Assembly: GCA_951406725.2 (NCBI GenBank)
Contig: OX597835.1
Location: 20,522,001 to 20,586,000 of the forward strand
Origin: Octopus vulgaris
Lineage: Eukaryota
Direction: 5' to 3'
Length of the DNA: 64,000 bases
Shown here: piece by piece, positions 1 through 14,225 of the stretch
Position numbering within the stretch: position 1 is the stretch's first letter
Layout of the letters: each line of letters opens with the position of its first letter
The notes under the pieces: model-generated
The model's database searches: none
Seen by the model: only the letters and a program-made list of their open reading frames with translations
What the model was told of the DNA's origin: nothing
Made by a program: the position numbers and the translations under genes

Positions 1-160
1 CGTCCCCGTCACTTAGCGGTTCGGCAAAAGAGACCAATAGAATAAGTACTGGGCTTACAAAGAATAAGTCCCGGGGTCGATTTGCTCGACTAAAAGGCGG
101 TATTCTAGCATGGCCGCAGTCAAATGACTGAAACAAGTAAAAGAGTAAAAGAGTAAAGAG
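1..160 (+). mobile_element. SINE family A, 3' half (window starts inside the element)
   Basis: Matches the 3' half of full copies (e.g. 49033-49450): ...ggcggt(g/a)(c/t)tc(c/t)agcatggccgcagtcaaatgactgaaacaag(taaaagag)n. Confidence 0.9.
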
Positions 161-1577
161 TATATATGTTTTTGTGTAATGTCATTGATGAGAGAGTAAA
201 AGGTGCCAAAACTATATTTCGTATGCACTTTACAACAGTTTAATTTGCAACTAACACCAGTCAATAAAAAGCCGGCACCATATTTCGAGTCCTCTTCTCA
301 TAAGCCGACCCGACACCCAACCACACCATTCACCGAAATGTTCGACATTGTACTCTGATAGGAAAACAATCGATATTCGTCGTATATACTTATCCCGCCC
401 CGCTATTATCTTCAAAATCTTCACGGATATTTTTAATTGAATGATAATGCATTTCGTTGGGGCGCACTAGCAAAACTTTATTCGACAGGAAGATGATCGA
501 ATTAAATGTACGTCAGTTTAATACTGGCTATTATTTTATCGATCCCCGTGGGTTGAAAGGCAAAAATCAACATTGTGTATGGGAGGTAGCATAATATGAT
601 TTTATATTCTAAAAGCAATGGCTTTACAGTTCCGGTCGCATCTATTTCACATTAGAATTTATAACTGAATATTTATAGGGAATTCTGTATAATATTTCGA
701 CAAAAGCCTTTTACAGTCTACCGATTTATAAATCAAATCAGGCGTAAAGTTTATATTGTTAAGGAAACAAAACAAAACGAAAACAATATTTGTTGCTTGC
801 TATTTGCATTCAATGTCTCCATGTAGGATGAGCATATATGTGTAACTAGAGAAGAAAGAGAAAGCCAGTTAAACAGCGAAAGTCTGCGATTAAATAATTT
901 TAATTTTGTTCTATTGACAAATGTTAGTGATTTTTCCAGAAATATTCAATTATATATATTTGCTTGCCGTTTGCATCGTTGAAAGTTCATATGATTGTTA
1001 GAATGTCATTGCATTGCCTCCATATTAACAATTCGTTTTGGTGGTGGAAGAGGAGGTCGGTACGGTGGAAGGACGGAGGAGGTGTAGGTTTATAAATGTT
1101 ATTGCTTCAAATTGAATGTACCGGATTCCTTAATAATGGTAATTTCTGGCAGCATTTTATTTCTGATGTGTGTAAATGAATTTATATAGTTTTTCCTCCA
1201 ATTCACAGCCTCGTAAATTGAATTTAAATTAGAGCTTTGCCTATGCTTTGTCTAACGTCCATGACTCTCAGCGAATTGTTATTGGCGTTGGTTTAGTTGT
1301 TGTTGTTTCGTTAGTAAAATGCAATTAGTTCTTCCATCAATGTAGTTGATATTAAACATCATCTGAAATAAATAAATATGTTCGCTCTCTCTCCTCCTCT
1401 TCTTTCTCTCTCTCTCTGTCTTCCATTTTGTTTCTCCCTTTGTTTCCCCCTTTTTCTTCTCTCTCATTATCTGTAACTATTTTTTTTTTCATTTATTTAT
1501 GCAATTCTTTTATACGAAACCTTCGGGTGGAGCGAATTAAACCTTAGAATTTCGCAAGCCACTTTTAAACATGAGAT

Positions 1578-1665
1578 TAACAACAACAACAAACACCAAG
1601 AATAACAACAACAACAACAACGAAAAACATCAAGAAAAACAACATCAACAAAAACAACAGCAGTC
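1578..1665. repeat. Imperfect (CAA)n microsatellite
   Basis: caacaacaac...aacaacaacaa run. Confidence 0.85.
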
Positions 1666-2089
1666 ACAAGTATTAGAAGCTATAAACTGTTTGTTAGCAG
1701 ACATAAGGAAACTCATCATAAATGGAACATTTTTCTCCACTTAACCAGCATTGCAAACAGATATATAACATTTGTTTATATTGTTTTCATTCTGTATCAT
1801 TACCAGCATGATTTACCGTTGTTTTTTGTCTGTGTTGTTGCTGTCCTCACTACAACATTAAAGACTTCGCCAATCTGCGCTTATCAGAATGTATCATTAG
1901 TAGCACAGTTGCTTAATTGATAGGAAAATTGTTTTGTGGCATATAGTTATGGCGTTTTACATTCTGATTTCAAATCCCGTTGAGACCAATGAGTTTTTCA
2001 TACGTTTTGGTTCGATATAATGTTGTACGATTTGAGTAAAAGCATGACATGACTGATTGACTTAACGAATCAGTTTCGTCGCCATGTGC

Positions 2090-2310
2090 CTTGTTTTACT
2101 TTCGTAAATCAATAGACTGTGACCATGCATGTACAACTCCTAAAGGGTCTTTGTAGAACGAAGCAACGCATGTAGTTTTTTAAAACCTTGTATTTATCTT
2201 ATTAGTATCTGTTGCTGAACATCTAAGTTACGGGGGCGTACACAAAACAGGATCTATTTTCAACACGGTGGGTGAGGACGGACAAGCACAAATACTCACA
2301 CACACAGACA
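2090..2310 (-). mobile_element. Old degenerate SINE family A, 3' half
   Basis: Diverged match to the reverse complement of the family A body (gactgtgaccatgc, ctaagttacggggg, gacaagcacaaa). Confidence 0.55.
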
Positions 2311-2867
2311 TACGCGTTTGAAATTCTTTTACCTTAATGTTCTGGCTGAATGACGTGATGATACAACCTTTCATCGCAGCCCGTGTTTGCCATATGAGAT
2401 GCTTAACAAATACTCCATCAATTACTTTAAATACTTTCTTTTAATTCATTTTTTTCCCTTGCTGTCTTGTACTAGTTGTGAGTGATGAAGCAATGTTCGA
2501 CTAAGCTAAGCAACCTGGCCTATTGAGACAGGTGTTAATGTTTCAATTTTCAAAAGAACGATTTACAAAAGGATATTTACTTTAATATATTCTACTATAG
2601 TTTAATTTTGTATAAATGGTAAATATTGAGGAGTAAAAGAAAAAAAAACATACACGAACAGAACGACAAAGTTGCGACTTCAAATGCAAAAAGGTTTTTA
2701 CTAGCAGAGCAACCGAAAATGAAGTGCACAGTGCGTGTAGAGTCCTGTAAATTGCCGAAGAGGAAAGCGAGTTAATAGCGAAGATTTCAGATATGGTTCT
2801 AGAGACATTTTTTCTGGTTCTGATAGGGAATAGTTACTTTGCTGTTATAGAGAAGGCAACTGCTTGT

Positions 2868-3200
2868 TTGCTTGAGAGCTCAAAATCTTTCGTGGAAGTG
2901 TCATCCAACCAAAATACAAATATATGGAAAACTACCACCTGTATCATCTCATGTGAAAGGTAGGAGAGTCCAGTTTGCTGGACATTGTTGTAGAGCTGAA
3001 AACGAGGCAATTTCTACTCTTCTCCTCTGGAAGCCATCTACTCGGGATACCAGACGGCGCGATGTAATCTCCCACCCGATGTAATCTCCAGGGATACAAG
3101 CATCCAGCAACAGGACCTCTGTAATGCTATGATGGACCGTGAAGTCTGGCGTAGCATAGTAAATTCCATTGTCTCGACCATGGTCGAACAATGATGATGA
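2868..3200 (+). mobile_element. RTE-type LINE 3' fragment (ORF C-terminus plus (TGA)n tail)
   Basis: LRAQNLSWKCHPTKIQIYGKLPPVSSHVKGRRVQFAGHCCR resembles the post-RT region of RTE-clade ORFs. Ends acaatgatgatgat. Second copy at 17240-17438. Confidence 0.85.
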
Positions 3201-3618
3201 TATTTGTTTGCTATATTCTATTAGCCAAACCCACAACACCGTCTCCTTTCTCATCCTGCGTGTTGATGATGTCATCTTCATGCTCTTCTTTTAATTTTAT
3301 TTCCGATGGTGGACGTAACTGCACATAAATAAGTGAATTGAGTGATATAGTTTCATTTTGGCTACCCGGTTGCCGTAATGATATTGTAAATTAGTAAAAA
3401 CTTACTGAAATGTCTGTTTACACAAAACTGTTTGGAGATAGGACTTTAGTTCTGTCCTAGAGAGGAAATATTGTGTATTCATTCGAACGCAAAAGTAGCG
3501 TAGTCATTCACGTAGAGCAACACTTTTTAGGATCCCCAGAAATATGCGGTCATTATAGGGCCTGAGCTTTCAAGATGATAAGCCTATCCAAAGATAGGCT
3601 TATCATCTGGAATCCATC

Positions 3619-3778
3619 GGCGTAGGAGTGGCTGTGTGGTAAGTAGCTTGCTTACAAACCACATGGTTCCGGATTCAGACCCATTGCGTGGCACCTTGGG
3701 TAAGTGTTTTCTACTACAGCTTCGTGGCAACCAAAGCCTTGTGAGTGGATTTGCTAAACGGAAACTGAAAAAAGTTCG

Positions 3779-3848
<70 letters not shown>

Positions 3849-4053
3849 GTGTGTGTATATGTTTGTCCCCCAACATCGCTTGACAAACGGTGCTGGTGTG
3901 TTTACGTCCCCGTAAGTAGCGGTTTGACAAAAGAGTCCGATTGAATAAGTACTAGGCTTACAAAGAATAAGTCCGGGGTCGATATGCTCGACTAAAGGCG
4001 GTGCTCCAGCATGGCCACAGTCAAATAACTGAAGCAAGTAAAAGAGTAAAAGA
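3619..4053 (+). mobile_element. SINE family A, full length (tRNA-like head, CORE-like block, internal TA/TG microsatellite, LINE-like tail)
   Basis: ggcgtaggagtggctgtgtggtaag (A box), ggttccggattcagaccc (B box), ccttgggtaagtgt, tail (taaaagag)n. More than 10 copies in the window. Confidence 0.9.
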
Positions 4054-4309
4054 TAGTGTGAGGGATATGCATATATATACATATATATATATACATCTAT
4101 GTAAATTTATATGCATGTATATACATATATATATATACATGTATGTATAGTAGATGAAATTAAGGCGACTGAAGAAGGGGAATTTTCCTTGTTTTGTATG
4201 TCCTGTACTCTATTTTTTTGTTGTTTAAAAAAATGTCCATTTCCTTGGTTTTGTGTTTATGTTTTCGTTTCTCATTGTGTTCGATGTTTTTTTTGGTGTC
4301 CTGTTGCCA

Positions 4310-4355
4310 TATATGCATGTATATATACATGTAAAGGTAGGTACGTACATACATG

Positions 4356-4414
<59 letters not shown>

Positions 4415-4439
4415 ATATACACATATACATATATACATG

Positions 4440-4481
<42 letters not shown>

Positions 4482-4655
4482 GATATATATATATATATAT
4501 ACATGTATGTATATACATATATATATACATGTATGTATATACATATATATATATACATGTATGTATATACATATATATACATGTATATATATACACATAT
4601 ATATGTATATATTTGTGTATGTATATATATATATATATACATACACACATACATA
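4310..4655. repeat. Compound (TA)n/(TACATG) microsatellite
   Basis: Direct reading. Source of six spurious YIYI ORFs. Confidence 0.95.
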
Positions 4656-5583
4656 GTTATGAATTAAACCTTTACGAATATACAAAAAATATCTAGAGTT
4701 GTTCATGCATGGAACACCTAATAATTTCGTACTAATAAAACGAATTAATTTCTTTAATATTGATATGAACACAAAAGTATACATACATGCATACATAGGC
4801 GCGTGTGTGTCTGGTATATGTACATTTGCTTTGTACTGAATTTTACCCTCTGCCTGCTGTTTCTCTGCAACCTGTGTAATGGTTAAGCGAAGAAATACAA
4901 AATTATTGCTAGGCTTTGAGAATGGAAGCTGACGATTTAGTAAGAAATTTCGATGAGAGCGCAGAATATAGGAAAAGGCGGAATGAATAAATAACAAAAC
5001 AGAGCAAAGTAAAATTTATATAATGAGAAGTGAACAGAAATCACAGTGCGTTATAAGACAATGTGGAAGTCGGTAAAAAGAAGAGATGGAGAAAATGAAG
5101 GAAAAACCTATGAAGGCATTAAATGGATGTCGATAAAGTAGATAACAGAAGATTGATACGTGTGATAAAGATGGAGAACGAGGGAAAGCTAGCGTTGAAA
5201 AATGCGTTAGGTCACATCGGGGAATACTTAGTTAAAGTGCGAGGCACTGAAAGCAGGAGAGAGCAGAGGATAGATGTTTAAGAAATTCGTTATATATAGG
5301 CGCAGGCGTTGTTGAGTGGTAAGATCGGAAAAAATTGATGTGATTAATAAAGTATCTAAGGAATTCCATTTTCTCTTCCTCTCTTTCGTTATATACTCGA
5401 CGGAGACGGAGGAAGTTCTGAAATCAGTGATCCAATGGCATTTATATCCATACAGTTGATGATATTAGGTACCCGCAGACAGTGTATTCCCAATTCTAAC
5501 ATAATTACCTCTCTCTCTTTTCTATTATATTATATTATTTATATATATATATATATATATATAATATATTATTTTCTTTTATA

Positions 5584-5614
<31 letters not shown>

Positions 5615-5710
5615 ATATCATATTATTTTCTTTTATATTATATTTATATATATATATCTAATATTATATTATGTTTTTTTATTATTTTATATTATTTTAT
5701 ATTATATTAC

Positions 5711-5742
<32 letters not shown>

Positions 5743-7028
5743 TAGAAAATTATTCAATATAGCATTTCAATCTATTGTTGTATTCTCGATATTAAATATA
5801 CTTTGTATTTAACCCGAGATATGAGATATGTTGCCCTTCGAACTAAAAGTTATATTATATCATTTTAATTGTTTCCTGTCATTAAAACACAGTAATATAT
5901 TTATTTCAAGCGATCGATACCGGGGTCTCGTACAGTTTGCAGTTTAACCAAATATTTAGATAATACATTGACTGCTGCCTTTGATCTTCTTAAGATGAAT
6001 AGCTAAACAATGTTAAACATACTCCAGTATTTACTTACGTATTATATATCAATAGACGACCATTGATGGTTTCACTCTATACGTGAGAAATTGATTTGAA
6101 TTGAGACTGACTCCATAAAATATTCTGCTAAATTAACTTATCAATAATTCTACGGCGACCAAATAGCATCAATAATTTAATTCTAATTTACTCGAATTTA
6201 CACACTTCTTAAGATACTTGTTTTCAATGTATATTTTTCAGAAATTATTATATAATAATTGATCCGGATGCAGTCAATATTTACAAGTGTATCGACACGA
6301 AGAACTTTGTTTTACTACATACTGAAGATGGTACTGTTTATGACAATTACTTTTTCTATCAAGTAAGATTTGCAGTTAAAATTTTTATTTCCTTTTAAAC
6401 TGTTATCAAGGCGATTTGATGAGAAACAGTTGGATGTATTATATATGCCATTATTACATTCCTTATAAATACTATTGTTTTTCTTACATCTCAGCTAAAT
6501 TGAAAATAATATCGTTTGTAGAATTATAATTTCTTTTAAATAGTTTGTTTCCTTCCTTCAACCTCAAATTTGAATTTTTATCGCTGATCAACTATTAAAC
6601 TTCGTAAATTATGTAAGCGACTTAGTTTATTCCTAATGGTTACAAACTTGGTATCGTGGGTAGTAAAAGTTACATACTTATATATAATGAAGCATCACGT
6701 CAGTTTCTTTGAAAATATAGTAATAAAAATTTCTTACAATTCTTAGTACAATTGTTCCAGCGTAGACATTTCTTTTCTAGCAAATCAGCTGTCAAAGAAT
6801 TGTAATGTCATCACTGGACACACTTGGAATTGTTTGGATTTTGATATGTGCTGCGCAAAAATTCTATTTTATGTCCCGTAAAAATTCTATTTTATACTGC
6901 ATTCATACTGTATATGGTTAACATACATTGTAATGATTCAATAAGCTATGTTTAGAGTATTGCTGGTCTTTCATTTGGCGTGTCATTTCTTGTATTCTTA
7001 TTGGGTTCTTGCCTGTATATGATATCTA

Positions 7029-7104
<76 letters not shown>

Positions 7105-7118
7105 TATACATATATATA

Positions 7119-7211
<93 letters not shown>

Positions 7212-7222
7212 TTATTTCAATA

Positions 7223-7425
7223 TGTGACCGCGTGTGTATCGTTGGCGATTTTCATTCCCCGTCTTCTCTTCCTTAGACTTCTACTCTTTTTCTATATTTC
7301 TGACGAAGAGTTCCGCTCGAAACATTAAATCTTCCTTCTTTCTTTACTTTCCTGAGCTTCCAATAACACTATACTTGTTCCACCTCCTCGCGTTGTTGTG
7401 TTTTCTCTTTGTTCATGTTTGGAGT
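7223..7425 (+). mobile_element. Hammerhead-bearing mini-element family P1 (Penelope-like pseudo-LTR remnant)
   Basis: Homologous to the reverse complement of 54940-55146. Flanked by TA and CT microsatellites. Contains the hammerhead motif at 7296-7330. Confidence 0.7.
7296..7330 (+). ncRNA. Minimal type I hammerhead ribozyme motif (stem III mutated)
   Basis: ATTT-CTGACGA-A-GAG ttccg CTC-GAAAC-ATT-AAAT. G16.2 is A here relative to the 55041 copy. Confidence 0.6.
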
Positions 7426-7473
7426 AGTTCTCGCTCTCTCTCTCTCACTCTCTCTCTCTCTCTCTCTCTCTCT

Positions 7474-7518
<45 letters not shown>

Positions 7519-8423
7519 ATACCTTAATAGGGAGAATAAGAAAGGGAGAGAGGGAAGAGACAAGGCGAGTCATATTCACAATTAAAACTAGTTTGCAGTT
7601 GCAGTGTGAAGGCAATCCAGAATATTCAATAAATTTTTGAGCGAAACATTACAGAATCATATGAAATGCTAACAGATGGCATATGGATTAAATGAGCCAA
7701 GCATGATTCTCTCTCTATCTCAAAAGGCCAGAATAACAAATAAAGTTTTGGGCTGCCGAGGTAAAGGGCGCATTAGCAAATGGCCATCTGCGTAAGTGCT
7801 ACACTGATAACGTTACAGATATCACATCATACACACACACTCTCTCTTTCTCTCTCTCCCTCTCTCTCTTTGAAACAGACTTCCTCTATTTCTCAATATC
7901 ACGCGCACACACAGACACACTGTCTATAAACGTTCGTTATTACCTGCGGCAGACGGAAGCAGAATTCGCTACTGACACCATGATCCGCAGCTTATTAAAT
8001 ATGGATATATATCGAAAACTGAAAAGAGACTCCACTATTTCACTCAAGGAAGCAACTCGAATAGACGTAGTGTGCTAAAAGTCAAAGGTGAATAATTGTC
8101 AGACGAAAAGGATCCAGTAGCGATGGTAGAGTTGTAAGATCTCGCTTACCAATGCCAAGATGTAGAAAAACACAGAGATTGTGATTAGCATTTCCAGCAC
8201 CACTTCGAGTGCTCTCCCTTTACTGCTGGTTCACTTCTCTTCTTTTTAGCACTATACTTCGGGATACACACACACACGTGTGTGTGTGTGTGGGCATGTG
8301 CCTGTCTGTGTGTATGCTTGTATGCTGTATATTTGGGTGGGTGTTTGTATGCATGAGTAATTATATGTACATACATATGAATAGATGCTTATATATAACA
8401 GTACTTATATGTTCATATATGTG

Positions 8424-8511
<88 letters not shown>

Positions 8512-8514
<3 letters not shown>

Positions 8515-8822
8515 AGGCGCAATGGCCACGTGGTTAGGGCAGCGGACTCGCGGTCATAGGTTTGCGGTTTCGATTCCCAGACCGGGCGTTGTTTGTGTTT
8601 ATTGAGCGAAAACACCTAAAAGCTCCACGAGGCTCCGGCAGGGGGTGGTGGCGATCCCTGCTGTAATCTTTCGCCACAACTTTCTCTCACTCTTTCTTCT
8701 GTTGGCCTGCTCGCTTAGCCAGCGGGGTGGCGTCATTCGAAGGCTAAAACAATGTGAAGCGCATTGTTACCAGCGATGTGTAACAACATATGATGGTCTG
8801 GTCGGTCACGTGATCACGTGAT
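8512..8822 (+). mobile_element. SINE family C (tRNA-Arg-like head), tail type 1
   Basis: ggaggcgcaatggccacgtggttagggcagcggactcgcggtc...ggtttcgattccc head shared with 28000 and 40225. Ends (gatcacgt)n. Confidence 0.85.
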
Positions 8823-8987
8823 ATATAAATAGATGAGTGTATTTTTTTACCTTGTTAACAATTAACACGGAAAAAATAAATAAATTGTTACCAGGGCAGC
8901 AAAAATCTCACAAGTCATAATAGTATCAGTGGAATTTTCGAAACATGTGTCGAAAGTAAAAATATTTGATTACACCTGCGTTAAACT

Positions 8988-9032
<45 letters not shown>

Positions 9033-9108
9033 GTGTGTGTATGTGGTGATCCAGCATCGCAGCAGTTAAATGACTGAAAAATGTAAAGGAATAAAAGTAT
9101 ACATATGA

Positions 9109-9152
<44 letters not shown>

Positions 9153-10094
9153 ACACACAATTTATACGACTAACTGTCCTTACATACGCACATATTTCGT
9201 ACACATATACATGTTTAGAATCTTGCAGGCATATAATATAATCTCTGAGTCCTAATCGACGTCTATTAAGTAAGTCTCTGTTTTCCAACCATAATATGCA
9301 CCGACGAATTTTAATCATTTCTTATAGAAATGCAATTTCTGTTTTAACAGGATCAGTAACAAGAACGAATAGCACAACAACGCCATCACCCTAACGTCAA
9401 CGACAAAATTTTGTATTGTAACTCTACATTAATCTTCTTGGATGATAATTATTTTTCCAATTCTTACGAATTACCACGACTACGTGTCATTAGAATATAC
9501 CGACAGATAAGTGTTACAAGTACATTACGTTGTCTGTTTTCCTTCAATGTATAAGCGGAGAATACTGCACGGTACGGTATACAAGAGAGATAACTATTCT
9601 ATAATTAGTATTATGTATTACACTGGCTGCATGTTTTCTGCCGTTAATTTTAAATAAGTATAGAAGGAAAGAAATATGATTGATAAATTTCTATATATGC
9701 ATTTCTCATTTAAAGAATTTAACCACATTCTTTCAAAGATTAAGAATTATAATTGTATGTTTTTGTGTGAATATATACATAAAAGTAAAATGAACGTGTA
9801 GTTTGTGTATCACTCCTACAAGTTTTCGTAGCGTTTTCACTTCGAAAAGGCATGCGTTATCTAACTTCATTTCGTATTTCATATTTTCGGAAAGAGCTAC
9901 TTCTTCAGTTAATAAACGTCGGAATAATTTTTAGGTGATATGCTCCCAAATATTCCGCTACATACAAGCCTGCATGCCCTATTGGTTATGTTGGTTCACT
10001 CAAAAAGAAATCCAGACCTGAAGATTGTGAGTATGTCGACCCGATTAAGTATTGAAACTAGATACCTCGCATCATATCAATACCGACGTACTTT

Positions 10095-10457
10095 CATGAA
10101 ACACAGAAGTAGTGGGGTGTATTATAGGCGTGTATTGAGAGTTATTCTTTGGGGTTTGAATAATTCAACTCTGGAGATAGGGGTGTTGCCTTCAACATCC
10201 TTAAACAACCTTTTTGAAGGACCATTTGAGCGGGATGTGCTACGCGACCTGAAGAAAATTTACACTGGGGACCATCTGCGAGATCCCGCGCTGTTTATCT
10301 TGATATCGCTTCACCATATTGGGCACATTAGGTTGTGATGCATGTACCTTGTGTAGCCTTATCAGACAGGTAGTCATGGTGGTTATATTGGGCATCGTAT
10401 ATTTAACCCAGTGTCACTTTTATAGCATGCGCTTATCTCACACTCAGTAATAATAAT
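10095..10457 (+). mobile_element. Interspersed retro-element family D with (AAT)n tail
   Basis: Homologous to 18065-18497 (+) and 36958-37345 (-): gcgctgtttatcttgatat...gtagtcatg...cactcaataataat. Confidence 0.75.
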
Positions 10458-10458
10458 G

Positions 10459-10668
10459 GTTTCAAATTTTGCCACAAGAGCAGCCATTTTGGGGGAAGGG
10501 GAATAAGTCGATCACATTGACATCAGTGTTTCACTGGTACTTAATTCACCGACCTCAAGAGGATGAAAGGTAAAGTCGACCTGGGCAGAATTTGAACACA
10601 AAATGTAGCGACAGGCGAAATACTGCTATTTGATCCGGCGCTCTAACAATTCTGCCAACTCACCACTT
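10459..10668 (-). mobile_element. SINE family B, older variant
   Basis: ggatgaaaggtaaagtcgacc...gaatttgaac is the reverse complement of the family B core. Confidence 0.8.
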
Positions 10669-10687
10669 TAAGTTATAATAATAATAA

Positions 10688-11000
10688 AGGGTAAAGACCC
10701 CCTTCGGTCATGAATGACCGAGGGATTGCACCTAGAAAGTTACCCTCCTAGACACAAGTCCGGGCAAGGTTGTTTATGGAAGACCAGCAGTCGCCCGTGC
10801 ATACCAGCCTCCCCTCTCCACACCACCAGTGTTGTCCAAGGGAAAGGCAACGGCCGATACAGCTTGGCACCTGTGACGTCGCAACTCATTTCTACAGCAG
10901 AGTGAACTGGAGCAACGTGAAATAAAGTGCCTTGCTCAAGAACACAACACACAGCCCGGTCCGGGATTCGAGCTCACAACCTCACGATCTAACCACTGAG
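10688..11000 (-). mobile_element. CORE-like SINE (family E head) with a distinct tail
   Basis: Minus strand: tcgaatcccggaccggg...gtgttcttgagcaaggcactttatttcacgttgctccagttcactc, the same block as 62746-62990. Confidence 0.8.
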
Positions 11001-11546
11001 CCTCTCAGTTATAATAATATCAAAAACAACAAGAATGACAATCTAGAACAATAACAATGAAAACCCATGTGTTTGTCATTTATGGGGAGATAACGCTATT
11101 TTTTGTTCCCCAGTTAATTATGCTTTCATATTCTCGCCGACTTTATGCAAATTTGGTGGCGTGAACCTTCATATTAAATATACGCTAATGTTTCTCCCTT
11201 TCTCATCAATACAATCCTCCCTTTTTCAGTCACTCTCTTCCTATCTCTCTCTCCCTCTCCATACATGTAGCAGGATATGCGTGGATGTATATGCCAAGGT
11301 GTCTCTGTGTGTATATATTATAGCGTATATTTGCCTATCTTGTTGGATATCTGCGTATATATATGTATGTATACAACAAAATGCTACGCATAAGCTAATT
11401 CCTGGTGCCCGAGAGTAACAGATATACCGAGACATAGATACACACACATATATTGACATATTAACATATTACATATGTGTGTGTACGTCAATAAAGATGT
11501 ATGTATTTGTATAAGCCTAGAAACATATCTGTGCCTATGTTAATAA

Positions 11547-11621
<75 letters not shown>

Positions 11622-11669
11622 GATGGAATGTGTGTGTGTGTGTGTGTGTGTGTGTGATGGATGGAATCT

Positions 11670-11725
<56 letters not shown>

Positions 11726-11838
11726 CATATATTCTAAAATGTACCATCCCTTAGAGACTAAAATTTCCAGAATAAATTATCATGAAAAAGAATCGAATCT
11801 TCAATGAGTCAAAGAATGCTACAAATCTATAACACACA

Positions 11839-11878
<40 letters not shown>

Positions 11879-12880
11879 TGTGTGTGTGTGTTTGTGTGTG
11901 TGTGCTTATAGTCACATATAGCGCACGACACTCTCACTAGAACACACTTGAAGAAACATGCATATCCTCCTTAAGCCAACCAACACAGACAACACATTTG
12001 CGTACTGCTTGTGTGTGTGCGTGTATGTGTGTGTTCACGTAAAGAAGTATATCTATCTAGAGAGAGACATTTCGCTGTACGACTGAGAATTCACCGAATA
12101 ATTCCAATGTACGGATATAATATATTCCGTGGACGGATGGTATAATACAAAGATTTGGATATTATCTACTTATCTATATAGACTTATATAATACATCTCA
12201 GCTTAAACTTTAGTGTAAGAATTGATTGACTTTAATGACTAAAGTAAGTATGTTTGCTTCAAGTTTACAAATAAGTGCTATCTTGTCACATTGCTGTCTG
12301 ACAATCTTGTCAAGAGGTTCTGGAGTGTTAAAAAGTGTCTACAACATTACCATTGTAATAAATATATGTCACACATTATTTCTACTCTCGTACTGTTGAT
12401 TTTATCAAAGATATTGTATGGCCAGGGTTGTAGTAGTGGTAGTAGGAGGAGGAAGAGGTGTAGGGGAAGAGATGCAAAATTAGAAACATAAGGTGGACGT
12501 GGAACAAGAGGAGGGAGAAGAGTAAATTGCCATCCTGTCCGTGTCATAGACTTTAAGAAATTTATAGATGTACAGAGAAGTATCAATGACGACAGCAGAA
12601 GCGAAAGCTACTGCAGTAGCAGCAGTAGTAGTGGTGGCAGTAGTTGTTCTTGTTCGTGTTGTTGTTGTGGTGGTGTGTTGTTCGACTTTAAAAATAATCG
12701 ACATGACTGTATTGTTGAAATCAGATTTTACCCATTTGTATACGTCCAAATTCTTTTCATCTGTTACCTCTGTTTCATGTATGGGACTGCTGAGATGCTG
12801 GGAAAATCTGAACCATCTTTTGCTGTTTAGTAGCGAGAATCTAACCCAGAGACTAATAATAAAAATACACATACTGTGTA

Positions 12881-13260
12881 GGCGTAGGAGTGGCCGTGTG
12901 GTAAGTAGCTTGTTTACCATCCACATGGTTCCGGGTTCAGTCCCACTGCGTGCCACCTTGGGAAAGTGTCTTCTACTATAGCCTCGGGCTGACCAAAGCC
13001 TTGTGAGTGGATTTGGTAGACGGAAACTAAAAGAAGCCCGTCGTATATATGTATATATATATGTGCGTGTGTATATGTTTGTGTGTCTGTGTTTATCCCC
13101 CCCAACATCGCTTGGCAACCGATGCTGGTGTGTTTACGTCCCCGTAACTTAGCGGTTCGGCAAAAGAGACCAATAGAATAAGTACTAGGCTTCCAAAGAT
13201 CAAGTCCTGGTGTCGATTTGCTCGAGTAAAGGCGGTGCTCCAGCATGGTCATAGTCAAAT
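12881..13260 (+). mobile_element. SINE family A, near full length
   Basis: High identity to the other family A copies. Extreme tail missing. Confidence 0.9.
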
Positions 13261-14225
13261 ATAACTGTTATCGATAGGAACTGTTTAAAAAAAAGTTCTA
13301 TATATATTGTATATAAATAAAAAAGGGCAAGCAACAGGTTGCTTAGCTACGTACCGAAAAATTAGAAATAGCAGTCAAAGACTGTTTATTTCTCTTTTTT
13401 AAAAATAAGATTCCATATATAACATCCATGTAATTCACATATGTAAAACAGAAGGAAAAAACAACGAAATCAGAGTCTCGGGTTATTTACGGACGCGTTT
13501 CTGGATTAGAATTATAAATTCATATCCTTATCAACGTAACTCTGCATTCGGATATATTTATCAAATATTGTACATACCTCCGCTTCCCGAGCTAACGTCG
13601 TCGGAATAGTGGAAGATAGCTAGCATAGGCCAAATCTATATAGACGAATGAATTCGTACTTCCCTCCAGAATTTTACCATGTGCGTTACAAAAATAGTTC
13701 CTTAGAAATAAAACTATGGATTGTCACAAGGGAGTGAAAAATTCCATTATTAATAATATAAGGGTAAACAATTAATAGTTTTTAAAAAACCGACATAGTT
13801 GGGAGGCCCAGCAATAGCAGGTTTCCCATTACGTTGAAAACTGAAGACTTTCTCTACAACCTGGTCTCATACGCATTTAATATTCAGCCTATGCTGGTTC
13901 ATACACTCAGATATGCACGAGTTAGGACCGATGATGGTACCATTTGCAGTATGAAGTTGCGTTAGGGTATCACTGCAGTAAAGAGTATCCTGTTTACAAG
14001 AATGAGGGCCAATAGAGCAAACATAATTTTAAACGTATATTTTTGCGACCACGACTATATGCACAACAATTACCAATCTTCTCTTGAGGTGACTTGTACT
14101 ATCTTATGGTGACTGGTTATTAGTTACGTACCCATTAATCTTTGCACATTTCATCTGCTAAATATGAGTTTTATAATTATGACAAAATTGTGGGCTTCCT
14201 GAAACTGTTGTGGAGTTAAGAAATT

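Noticed and set aside
3619-3692. tRNA-like sequences at the heads of families A, B, C and E
   Set aside because: Continuous with SINE bodies and tails and lacking intact cloverleaves, so not tRNA genes
4111-4997. Long overlapping ORFs rich in YIYI/HTHT/CVCV (also ~7000, 8200, 11500, 32000, 34900, 40200, 46300, 55900, 58400)
   Set aside because: Translations of stop-free microsatellites, not proteins
12480-13118. 212-aa minus-strand ORF
   Set aside because: Made of an antisense SINE plus trinucleotide low-complexity sequence, with no recognisable domain
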